A stretch of DNA of 64,000 bases, from positions 26,103 to 90,102 of the IMG/VR virus record IMGVR_UViG_3300036716_000695; one strand, written 5' to 3'. The translations under genes were made by a program, and so were the position numbers. The stretch is from a virus. The notes beneath the pieces were generated by a model that worked only from the letters and a program-made list of their open reading frames with translations, was not told where the DNA came from and did not search any database. Shown here piece after piece: positions 38,069 to 45,251 of this stretch (positions are counted from its first letter, which is position 1; every line of letters begins with the position of its first letter).

Positions 38069-38317
38069 TTATTTTATTATTAGCTTTCTACCTACTCTTT
38101 TAATATAATCTTGGTCTTTCAGTTCTTTTATCAGTCTCTTTGTGGTTCTTTGACTTATATTTAAGTCATCCGCTAATGTTGATATAGAAGGAAAACAAGA
38201 TCTTTGTTTGTTTGCATAACATGCTAAAACTGAGTATAGTGCTTTAGCTTTTATTGATAAGTCTGGTGACAATATAACCTCACGGCTAACTACACCAAAT
38301 CTATAATTCTGTGACAT
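38069..38317 (-). CDS. Winged HTH (HTH_36-like) DNA-binding protein
   Basis: LS..AK.LY..L..YA.....CFPSI.TLA.DL..S.RT..R.I.EL...YI.R. Confidence 0.85.
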   Translation of the reverse strand: MSQNYRFGVVSREVILSPDLSIKAKALYSVLACYANKQRSCFPSISTLADDLNISQRTTKRLIKELKDQDYIKRVGRKLIIK

Positions 38318-38486
38318 GTTTAGACATGATGATCAATAAAGCAAAGTTATGATCTACTTCATTACTTAGTTCATCATCTCTCATACCGTATCTATCATTC
38401 ATCATCTTACCAAAAGGTATTGACCTATCACTCTTTAACCACTTGTTATACTCACTGGTTAATAATTCACTAGTTATTGTTGCCAT
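38301..38486 (-). CDS. Hypothetical protein
   Basis: 61-aa ORF in the chain. Confidence 0.6.
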   Translation of the reverse strand: MATITSELLTSEYNKWLKSDRSIPFGKMMNDRYGMRDDELSNEVDHNFALLIIMSKHVTEL

Positions 38487-38495
38487 GTCTTGATT

Positions 38496-39065
38496 TTAAA
38501 TTGATATTTCATTGATATCAGTTCCATTAATTTCACTGAATAATTCTGTTTGAACTACTTTATTAAAGAAAGGGATAGTCTTTTTATCTACTACCTCAAT
38601 GTCAAATGTATTAATTTTTACTGACTCTTCTTTTATAACCTGGTTCTCTACATCATAATAATAAAGCATTACCTCCATATCTATATGATACGGATCAAAC
38701 CCATCACTCCATGAACCATCTGATTTAATTCTACCATAGACATAACCATCCATAGTACCAAGACCTTTATCAATTAGGACATCCCATTCAAAGTGTGAAC
38801 CTGCATGATAGTTTGGTGGTTTTACTTTAACAATATCACCTATCTCTAAAGTTTTAATTTCTTTATAAGATAAAACACTGTTTAAAACAAAACTCATATG
38901 TGCGTCACTTAATCCTTCATTAAGGATATTCATGATATGCACAATATTTTCAGGATTAGACAACTTTGATTTGTTGATTATCCCATATATAATTTCTTTA
39001 GTTGTTTTTTCTGATATTACGTATGTTGTACTTGTTCTTCCCATTGATTTAATTTTAATAAACAT
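38496..39065 (-). CDS. Hypothetical protein (start may be the second Met)
   Basis: 189-aa ORF. Confidence 0.65.
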   Translation of the reverse strand: MFIKIKSMGRTSTTYVISEKTTKEIIYGIINKSKLSNPENIVHIMNILNEGLSDAHMSFVLNSVLSYKEIKTLEIGDIVKVKPPNYHAGSHFEWDVLIDKGLGTMDGYVYGRIKSDGSWSDGFDPYHIDMEVMLYYYDVENQVIKEESVKINTFDIEVVDKKTIPFFNKVVQTELFSEINGTDINEISI

Positions 39066-39211
39066 AGTGGGCCAATACTAATGATTGAACCCACTATGTT
39101 AGGTTACCACTAACCATATATGCTGTGTATTTCCCTAGCCTTACTACCTAGTAATAATATATATAATAATACTGGTGTTGTTAGGGTGTCAGGTGTGGCA
39201 CTTTTAATTTG

Positions 39212-39547
39212 TTAAACTTGTTGTTTTATCTCCAATGACACAAATGGGATAAATATAATTACAGAAAAATCTTTTCCATGATAACCAAGGTCAACACCTA
39301 TTCCTATACCAACTAATGGTAGAAACTCTATGTCAAACTTTGGTAGCATACTTACCCTTGGCAGATAATAATATACTATAATTGCTAATATCAATACTGT
39401 AAAGTAAGATAATATAAGTCCCGTCCACACTAATGGTGTAGATATGAACCCATCATTAAATACGATTGCTGCAAATGTTACTGTTGCTAATATAGGTTGT
39501 ACTACAACGAATATTATTTTAATAAGTGATCTAAGAAATTTTTTCAT
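39212..39547 (-). CDS. Membrane protein
   Basis: Two N-terminal TM segments. Confidence 0.65.
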   Translation of the reverse strand: MKKFLRSLIKIIFVVVQPILATVTFAAIVFNDGFISTPLVWTGLILSYFTVLILAIIVYYYLPRVSMLPKFDIEFLPLVGIGIGVDLGYHGKDFSVIIFIPFVSLEIKQQV

Positions 39548-39551
39548 GGCT

Positions 39552-39836
39552 TTATTTATTATAGGATTGACAATAGTTTATATATTCTACCATAGAGAAT
39601 CTTTTTACCTCTATTAGGTTGTTGTCCAAGGCCAGTGTTCTTAACTCATTATTGTTAATTAACTCTGCGTTTAAATCTTCCATTAGTGGTGATTCAAGTT
39701 CATTACGTTTGATTACGAAATGTTGTTCTCCTGTAAATAGGTTAACTGTTGGACTTTCAATGTTAGTATACATTAGTATACCAATTTTGTTGTTGTGCTG
39801 AACAAATTGTTCAGGATTAATGATTTTTACTTGCAT
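39552..39836 (-). CDS. Hypothetical protein
   Basis: 94-aa ORF. Confidence 0.6.
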   Translation of the reverse strand: MQVKIINPEQFVQHNNKIGILMYTNIESPTVNLFTGEQHFVIKRNELESPLMEDLNAELINNNELRTLALDNNLIEVKRFSMVEYINYCQSYNK

Positions 39837-39857
39837 GGTTTTGTGGTATTAATTAAT

Positions 39858-39883
39858 AAAAAAAGGGATAGACTATCTACCCC
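39858..39883 (-). terminator. Intrinsic terminator
   Basis: The - strand reads GGGGTAGA-TAG-TCTATCCC followed by T7. Confidence 0.65.
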
Positions 39884-40046
39884 ATTTAGAACGTTTGTGT
39901 TTTTTCTTGGATACCCAATAGTTTTTCTTGGCCCAAGCTTTTTTGTTTTTTGATGTCCCACATCTATTACGTGTGGATCCACATGATTGTAATACTGGTC
40001 CTCCAATAAAGAGTAATAGCATTAGATAAAGAAACTTTCTTTTCAT
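39873..40046 (-). CDS. 57-aa basic lipoprotein (absent from the track)
   Basis: MKRKFLYLMLLLFIGGPVLQS-CGSTRNRC...: lipobox LQSC followed by a Lys-rich mature part. Confidence 0.65.
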   Translation of the reverse strand: MKRKFLYLMLLLFIGGPVLQSCGSTRNRCGTSKNKKAWAKKNYWVSKKKHKRSKWGR

Positions 40047-40056
40047 AGTTTAAGGA

Positions 40057-40263
40057 TTAGTGATTAAGTTTTTCATTTACGTCTTGACCAACGAATATTG
40101 CTGGTAACCATCCAAAGATTACTGATACCCCTATGGTTGCACCATGGCCAAAGCATTCTTTAAATGTCCAAGTATCTTCTAGATACCATACGATTGTATT
40201 TATAAATATTACAGTTAGGATAAATGTTGTTACTGTTGCCAACATGATTTTAGAATTTTTCAT
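40057..40263 (-). CDS. Small two-TM membrane protein
   Basis: Two hydrophobic segments. Confidence 0.65.
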   Translation of the reverse strand: MKNSKIMLATVTTFILTVIFINTIVWYLEDTWTFKECFGHGATIGVSVIFGWLPAIFVGQDVNEKLNH

Positions 40264-40621
40264 TTGATTTAATGTTAGTGGTTAAAAATAACTTAGAGTG
40301 CTTATCCATTATTGGCTGACACTATTACAGAATAGTCAGTGGTATTGCGTGACTCATTGCTCTAAGCTTTTGATTTTAATATTGCGGGTAATATGATACT
40401 ATTCCTATAGAGGAAGAGACAACAACTACTCATGTTATATTGTTGAGTGTAATTGTTACTCTTGTAGTATTGTTAGCTATATTTATATATATAGGGTCCA
40501 GTTATTATTTTAATGGCCTTAAAGGTATATTATATGGCTTATATGATGTCATCTTCATTGTGCAACACCCAAATAAATAATTTTTACATAACTAATTACT
40601 AATTATTAGTAAGATGCAGAG

Positions 40622-40638
40622 ATTAGTTGGGGAGCAGA
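40622..40638 (-). promoter_or_regulatory. Repeat motif TCTGCTCCCCArCTAAT, copy 1 (candidate early promoter)
   Basis: 16 of 17 bases identical to 41142-41158; intergenic and upstream of - strand genes. Confidence 0.55.
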
Positions 40639-40749
40639 GGTTGATATTGGAAGATGAGCAGAAATAGAGGTAAAGAATTGGTTAATGTAACATAGGAATT
40701 GTAACAATGGTTATTATAATGACCGTGCTTTTACACACGGCCATTAAGA

Positions 40750-41079
40750 TTATACTGCTTCCACCCACATTAGTGTTGTGAGTTCTCCGGTTCTCAGGTC
40801 CGTTACTGCATTATCTGACATACGGAATCCAGGCATCTCTTGTCCAGGCTCTAATTTTTTCATTAGCTCTTGGATTGTTGGATGATTAGCTCTCATTACC
40901 AGATTGGTTTCTGGGTCTATAAGAGATAATTGACCGAAGGTAATATTACCTTGAGTTCTACTACCCACAGCAAGACCAGCAAGTGTAGTCTTTTTGTTTG
41001 TGATTGGTGTTGATGTACACTGAATCATTGCTGAGCCTGTTGACTCATTGATTTGTACTTTTCTGAAGAATACTGACAT
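40750..41079 (-). CDS. Hypothetical protein; first gene of the - strand block
   Basis: 109-aa ORF with an A-rich leader. Confidence 0.7.
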   Translation of the reverse strand: MSVFFRKVQINESTGSAMIQCTSTPITNKKTTLAGLAVGSRTQGNITFGQLSLIDPETNLVMRANHPTIQELMKKLEPGQEMPGFRMSDNAVTDLRTGELTTLMWVEAV

Positions 41080-41141
41080 AATTTATGAATTTAAAATAAT
41101 TATGGATACCACTTACATACGGGGGTACCCTATCCGCAATA

Positions 41142-41158
41142 ATTAGCTGGGGAGCAGA
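41142..41158 (-). promoter_or_regulatory. Repeat motif TCTGCTCCCCArCTAAT, copy 2 (candidate early promoter)
   Basis: About 60 nt upstream of the ATG at 41079. Confidence 0.55.
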
Positions 41159-41293
41159 ATAGTAGATCCTCTTCAGAATGCCAAACACAAAACTTTTACA
41201 ATACCGTGGGGGGTACAAAAATTAAAAATAAAATTTTTTTTAATCTGGTGAAACTGGGAAATATGGAATTTAATTTTCAACCCTCACAAATAA

Positions 41294-41305
41294 TTTGTAT
41301 ATTAA
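41294..41305 (+). promoter_or_regulatory. TTTGTATATTAA promoter-like motif heading the + block
   Basis: Same motif as at 6145, 6918, 52280 and 59108. Confidence 0.6.
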
Positions 41306-41339
41306 TTATATAAACGCAACTAACTCTATAATTTAAGAT

Positions 41340-41666
41340 ATGAGTAAAGAAGAAGACGGGAGGGAGTATGATCCTATGGAAGAAATTAAGAAAAAAGAAG
41401 CTGAATTAGATCAAGTAAATTTGGCTTATGACAATTCATATAAAGTTCTTACAGGAGAAATTGATTTCCATACATTACTAGAAGATTCATTTAAGGATGG
41501 GGATTCTGCACTGATGGCTTTTGATCCGGATTCTGGCCCTTTACAAACTGAATTAGAAGGAATGATTGCGTGGTATATTGAATCAGAGGAGTATGAAAGA
41601 TGTGCTATGCTGAGAGATATACTAGAAGAAAAGTTTCCAAGCTTACTAATAAACCAAACCAAATAG
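41340..41666 (+). CDS. Acidic protein with a UVR-like motif
   Basis: EEYERCAMLRD. Confidence 0.7.
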   Translation: MSKEEDGREYDPMEEIKKKEAELDQVNLAYDNSYKVLTGEIDFHTLLEDSFKDGDSALMAFDPDSGPLQTELEGMIAWYIESEEYERCAMLRDILEEKFPSLLINQTK

Positions 41667-41668
41667 AA

Positions 41669-41989
41669 ATGGGAAATATATTACAAGACATGATTAGTAT
41701 GCTGACTAGAAAAAAGTCAGTGATACCAAAAGCTGATGATTACATTGCTATTGCTAGATACGCAAGTACACAAGAAAGATTAAAACAACATCCTAAATTA
41801 AACTCTGAGCTTACTACGTTAGCAGATTTAAAAAAGTTTACATGTGGTAACTCTGTTAATATAGGGTCAGATCAAACTATAACCGGAACTAAAACTTTTT
41901 CTCGTATAGTAATAGTTTCTGAAGATGGTACTAAGTGGGAACAAACTATTAGTAATGATGGAGTAACTCAATACAATAAAATATCTTAG
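41669..41989 (+). CDS. Short fibre-like protein with the shared N-terminal anchor motif
   Basis: MGNILQDMISMLTRKK...; DQTITGTKTF fibre motif. Start 41669 preferred over 41600. Confidence 0.7.
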   Translation: MGNILQDMISMLTRKKSVIPKADDYIAIARYASTQERLKQHPKLNSELTTLADLKKFTCGNSVNIGSDQTITGTKTFSRIVIVSEDGTKWEQTISNDGVTQYNKIS

Positions 41990-41992
41990 GAA

Positions 41993-42247
41993 ATGGCAAC
42001 ACCAAGAAAAGGAAAGGCTAGAGTTAAAGTAACTAAATCCGGAAAGAAAGTTAGTTACGGACAAGCTGGTAAGGCTAAAGGGGGCGGACCAAGAGTAAAG
42101 CCTGGTACTTCAAAGGGTGATAGTTATTGTGCAAGAAGTTTAGGAATTAAGAAAAGACTTTCTGCAAAAAAAAGAAATGATCCTAATACACCAAATAATT
42201 TATCCCGTAAGCGTTGGAAATGCTCTGGGGCAAAATCAAGAAAGTAA
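41993..42247 (+). CDS. Highly basic small protein (DUF6321-like)
   Basis: KKVSYGQAG, PGTSKGDSYCARS, DPNTPNNLSRKRWKC. Confidence 0.75.
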   Translation: MATPRKGKARVKVTKSGKKVSYGQAGKAKGGGPRVKPGTSKGDSYCARSLGIKKRLSAKKRNDPNTPNNLSRKRWKCSGAKSRK

Positions 42248-42438
42248 TGGCAGCAAAGAAAAAAAGTACAGTAAACAAGGCGGGCAACTATACTAAACCT
42301 GCAATGCGTAAAAGACTCTTCAACTCTATTAAAGCAGGGGGGAAAGGTGGAGCACCTGGACAATGGTCTGCACGTAAAGCTCAGATGCTTGCTAAGCGTT
42401 ATAAAGCTAATGGTGGAGGCTACAAAACTAAGAAGTAA
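42247..42438 (+). CDS. Highly basic small protein resembling the N-half of DUF5872
   Basis: YTKP.MR..L...IKAG.KGG.PGQWSARKAQMLA..YK..GGGY; TAATG start at 42247. Confidence 0.8.
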   Translation: MAAKKKSTVNKAGNYTKPAMRKRLFNSIKAGGKGGAPGQWSARKAQMLAKRYKANGGGYKTKK

Positions 42439-42563
42439 TGGCACTACCAAATAAAAAATCAAAAAAGAAATCAGCTTGTTGGACTGGTTATGTCAAGAAA
42501 GGCGTGAAGAAAAAAGGTGGCAAGATTGTAAATAATTGTGTACCTATTAAAAAGAAAAGGTAA
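42438..42563 (+). CDS. 41-aa basic protein with a CWxGY...NCVP motif (absent from the track)
   Basis: MALPNKKSKKKSACWTGYVKKGVKKKGGKIVNNCVPIKKKR*, with TAATG at both ends. Confidence 0.8.
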   Translation: MALPNKKSKKKSACWTGYVKKGVKKKGGKIVNNCVPIKKKR

Positions 42564-42805
42564 TGGCAAAAGCTAAATCACAAAAGAGTTTAGACAAATG
42601 GACTAAACAGAAGTGGAGAACTCCTTCTGGTAAAAAGAGTAAGGATACCGGAGAAGTATATGCACCTTCTAAGACTATTGCTAAACTTAAAAGCACTGCA
42701 GCAGGAAGAAAGAAGTTAGCTGCTGCTAACAAGAAGAAAAGAGCAGCTACCAAGAAAGGTAAGCAACACGCAAAGCATGGCCTTCATAAAGGCAAAAAGC
42801 GTTAA
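42563..42805 (+). CDS. Highly basic small protein resembling the C-half of DUF5872
   Basis: SQKSLDKWTKQKWRT..G, Y.P, N.KK.....KGKQ. Confidence 0.8.
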   Translation: MAKAKSQKSLDKWTKQKWRTPSGKKSKDTGEVYAPSKTIAKLKSTAAGRKKLAAANKKKRAATKKGKQHAKHGLHKGKKR

Positions 42806-42906
42806 ATGAAAAAATAAAATAAATATAAAAGGGCCTAAACTTTTTTTATTTAAACTATTTATATATATATTTGTATAAATTACGTTTAATAATTAAAAAA
42901 AGCAAA

Positions 42907-43212
42907 ATGGCAAATTCTAAAAACCAAAATCCATTACAAGACCAAGATCCTACTTTATCTAAAGAGGAAATGGCAGCACGCAGAGAAGAAATTACTGCAT
43001 TCTACAAAGACAACATTCCTCATTTAGAAGTACAAGCAGAATATGAAATGTTACTGGCTACTATTGAAAAGTCCAGAGCAGAACGTATGCAAGCTCAAAT
43101 GTTTATGGCTCAACAATATGCTTCTCAAGAAGAAGGGTCTAATCCAAACTCTGATGAAGCTAAGGCATTTAAACAAGCAATGGAGGAAGCTGCATCTAAA
43201 ATAGAAGATTAA
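42907..43212 (+). CDS. Helical hypothetical protein
   Basis: ATG 42907 (MANSKNQ) downstream of TATATTTG at 42866-42873. Confidence 0.7.
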   Translation: MANSKNQNPLQDQDPTLSKEEMAARREEITAFYKDNIPHLEVQAEYEMLLATIEKSRAERMQAQMFMAQQYASQEEGSNPNSDEAKAFKQAMEEAASKIED

Positions 43213-43213
43213 C

Positions 43214-44134
43214 ATGAAACTTCTAAAGAAAGGTGATAAAGGGCAAGATGTCAAAACACTTCAAACGGCATTAAAGATAGCAGTTGATGGTCATTTTGGA
43301 CCATTGACTGAGAAAGCAGTAATTAGATTTCAGCTTTCTAATAACTTTCCTGTAACAGGAATAGTTGATTCTCCTGTATGGACACTTCTTTTAAATAAAT
43401 CTATATTAGTATTAGATGAAATAGATGAGGATAGTGATATTTCTGATGAGTATTTTATTACGGAATATAATCAAACTATTCACAGATACTATTTACCTAA
43501 AGGTGAATATGTTAAGGGACCTATAACTAATGAATATATATTTCTACACCATACGGCAGGTAGAGAAAACCCATACAGAACAGTTGATCACTGGGGTAGA
43601 GATAAAAGAGGAAGAGTAGCAACAGAGTTTGTATTAGGTGGAAGAAATCATAGAACAGGTGATACTGAATATGATGGTGTTATGGTACAAGCATTTCCAG
43701 AAAAGTGCCAGGGGTGGCACCTTGGAAGAACTGGATCAGGATGGATGAATAGACATTCTGTAGGATTAGAAATTTGCAGTGCTGGATACCTTGATGAAGA
43801 TCACAAAACATACTTTAATAGCAAATGTGCTGATTCTGAGGTTATTGAACTAGAAAAACCTTTCAGAGGTCATTCTATATGGCATACTTATTCGGAAGAA
43901 CAAATTAAGGAAACTGAAAAGTGGATTAAATTTGTAGCAGAAAGAGATAATATTGATATTAGAATAGGACTTCAACAGTATATTCATGAGCATGGTGCAC
44001 ATAAAGCCTTTGGATTTCATGAAGATGCTTTCTATGGAAAGGTAAAAGGATTATTAACACATACCAATGTAAGGAGAGATAAGTCTGATTGTTATCCACA
44101 TCCTGACTTTGTAGATATGATAATGAGTTTATAA
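43214..44134 (+). CDS. Endolysin: peptidoglycan-binding domain plus N-acetylmuramoyl-L-alanine amidase (Amidase_2)
   Basis: L.KG..G.DV..LQ..L....DG.FG..T..AV..FQ; LHHTAG, WHLG, S.G.EI, H...R.DK.D. Confidence 0.88.
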   Translation: MKLLKKGDKGQDVKTLQTALKIAVDGHFGPLTEKAVIRFQLSNNFPVTGIVDSPVWTLLLNKSILVLDEIDEDSDISDEYFITEYNQTIHRYYLPKGEYVKGPITNEYIFLHHTAGRENPYRTVDHWGRDKRGRVATEFVLGGRNHRTGDTEYDGVMVQAFPEKCQGWHLGRTGSGWMNRHSVGLEICSAGYLDEDHKTYFNSKCADSEVIELEKPFRGHSIWHTYSEEQIKETEKWIKFVAERDNIDIRIGLQQYIHEHGAHKAFGFHEDAFYGKVKGLLTHTNVRRDKSDCYPHPDFVDMIMSL

Positions 44135-44135
44135 T

Positions 44136-44507
44136 ATGGCTGTAGTAAACAAAGTAGATATAAAATTAAAGGTTGATATTAATCAAACAGTTAAGTATCA
44201 AATACTTACGTATTGTTTTTTTAATAATATCCTGTTGACTAAAACAGATTTAGATTTTTTAGCAGAATTATCTTTTAATCCTAAAATTGAGATAGCTAAG
44301 TTTTGTAATCTGTTAACTGAAAAAGGTATATTTAAAAGTTCTCAATCAGCTAGAAATGCAATTTCTAAAATAGAAAGAAAAGGACTATTAAGTAAAATGG
44401 GTACTAATAAAAAAACAATAGTCATTAATAAAACAATCAATGTACAAACAAGTGGTTTAGTTTTATTGGATTACAAAATATTAGGTAATGAACCCAAAGA
44501 AGCATAA
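44136..44507 (+). CDS. Winged-helix-like protein
   Basis: FKS.QS.RN.ISK.E.KGL; adjacent to the HU/IHF gene. Confidence 0.6.
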   Translation: MAVVNKVDIKLKVDINQTVKYQILTYCFFNNILLTKTDLDFLAELSFNPKIEIAKFCNLLTEKGIFKSSQSARNAISKIERKGLLSKMGTNKKTIVINKTINVQTSGLVLLDYKILGNEPKEA

Positions 44508-44841
44508 TGAGTTTAAGAAAGGTATTGCTGAAGAAGTGGGTGTACACTCACAGTTAGTTGATGATTTTATAACATTTTATTTTAGTAGAGTAAGGAAAAA
44601 ATTATCATCACTTGCTCATCCTAGGATTTATGTGGAAGGATTAGGTACCTTTTATCTTAGAAAAAAGAAGTTAGAACATGCAATTAAAAAACAAAAAAGC
44701 ATGTTGGGTAATGTAGCAAAGCGTACCTATAATGGATATGCAAAAAGTGAAACAATAACTTCAAATATTAATGAGATGGAAAAGGCTCTTGAAGTAATTA
44801 AAAATGATATCTTAAGTAAGAAAAAGTTTAGAGGAAAATGA
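44488..44841 (+). CDS. HU/IHF-like DNA-binding protein
   Basis: IA.E.G.....V...I..Y...V...L......RI.V.GLGTF. Confidence 0.75.
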   Translation: MNPKKHNEFKKGIAEEVGVHSQLVDDFITFYFSRVRKKLSSLAHPRIYVEGLGTFYLRKKKLEHAIKKQKSMLGNVAKRTYNGYAKSETITSNINEMEKALEVIKNDILSKKKFRGK

Positions 44842-45170
44842 GCAAGATAAAAAAATACTTAGATGCCTTTAAAAATGCAGGAAAGATTGCAGAAGGAATA
44901 AAGAATAATGTATTTAAAAAAGAACATGTTGAAGCTATAGCAACTGAAAGGTTTCAGATCTGCATAAAATGTAGTTTGTTTGATGCTAAAGGAGATAGTT
45001 GTTTAGCACCTGGAACACAACCATGTTGTAGTGATTGTGGTTGTAGTCTGGGTTTTAAAGTAAGATCTTTATCTTCAGAATGTCCAAAAGGTTTTTGGGA
45101 ATCAGTTACTACTGAGGAAGAAGAAGAACAAATATTTGAAAAAATTATAAAAGATGAAAATGCAAATTAA
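44838..45170 (+). CDS. Cys-rich Zn-binding protein
   Basis: R..IC..C...C...CC..CGC....K.......CP.G.W. Confidence 0.75.
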   Translation: MSKIKKYLDAFKNAGKIAEGIKNNVFKKEHVEAIATERFQICIKCSLFDAKGDSCLAPGTQPCCSDCGCSLGFKVRSLSSECPKGFWESVTTEEEEEQIFEKIIKDENAN

Positions 45171-45249
45171 TTACATATACAAAGACACAACAACAACAGT
45201 AGAAACTAACACAGAAGGTTTGTGGTGGTATACTACTACAACACTATAA
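45154..45249 (+). CDS. 31-aa Thr-rich peptide (absent from the track)
   Basis: MKMQINYIYKDTTTTVETNTEGLWWYTTTTL*; fills the gap before the nuclease. Confidence 0.45.
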   Translation: MKMQINYIYKDTTTTVETNTEGLWWYTTTTL

Positions 45250-45251
45250 TT

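Noticed and set aside
44092-44100. Perfect DnaA box TTATCCACA
   Set aside because: Single copy inside the amidase coding sequence (CYPHP); expected by chance.
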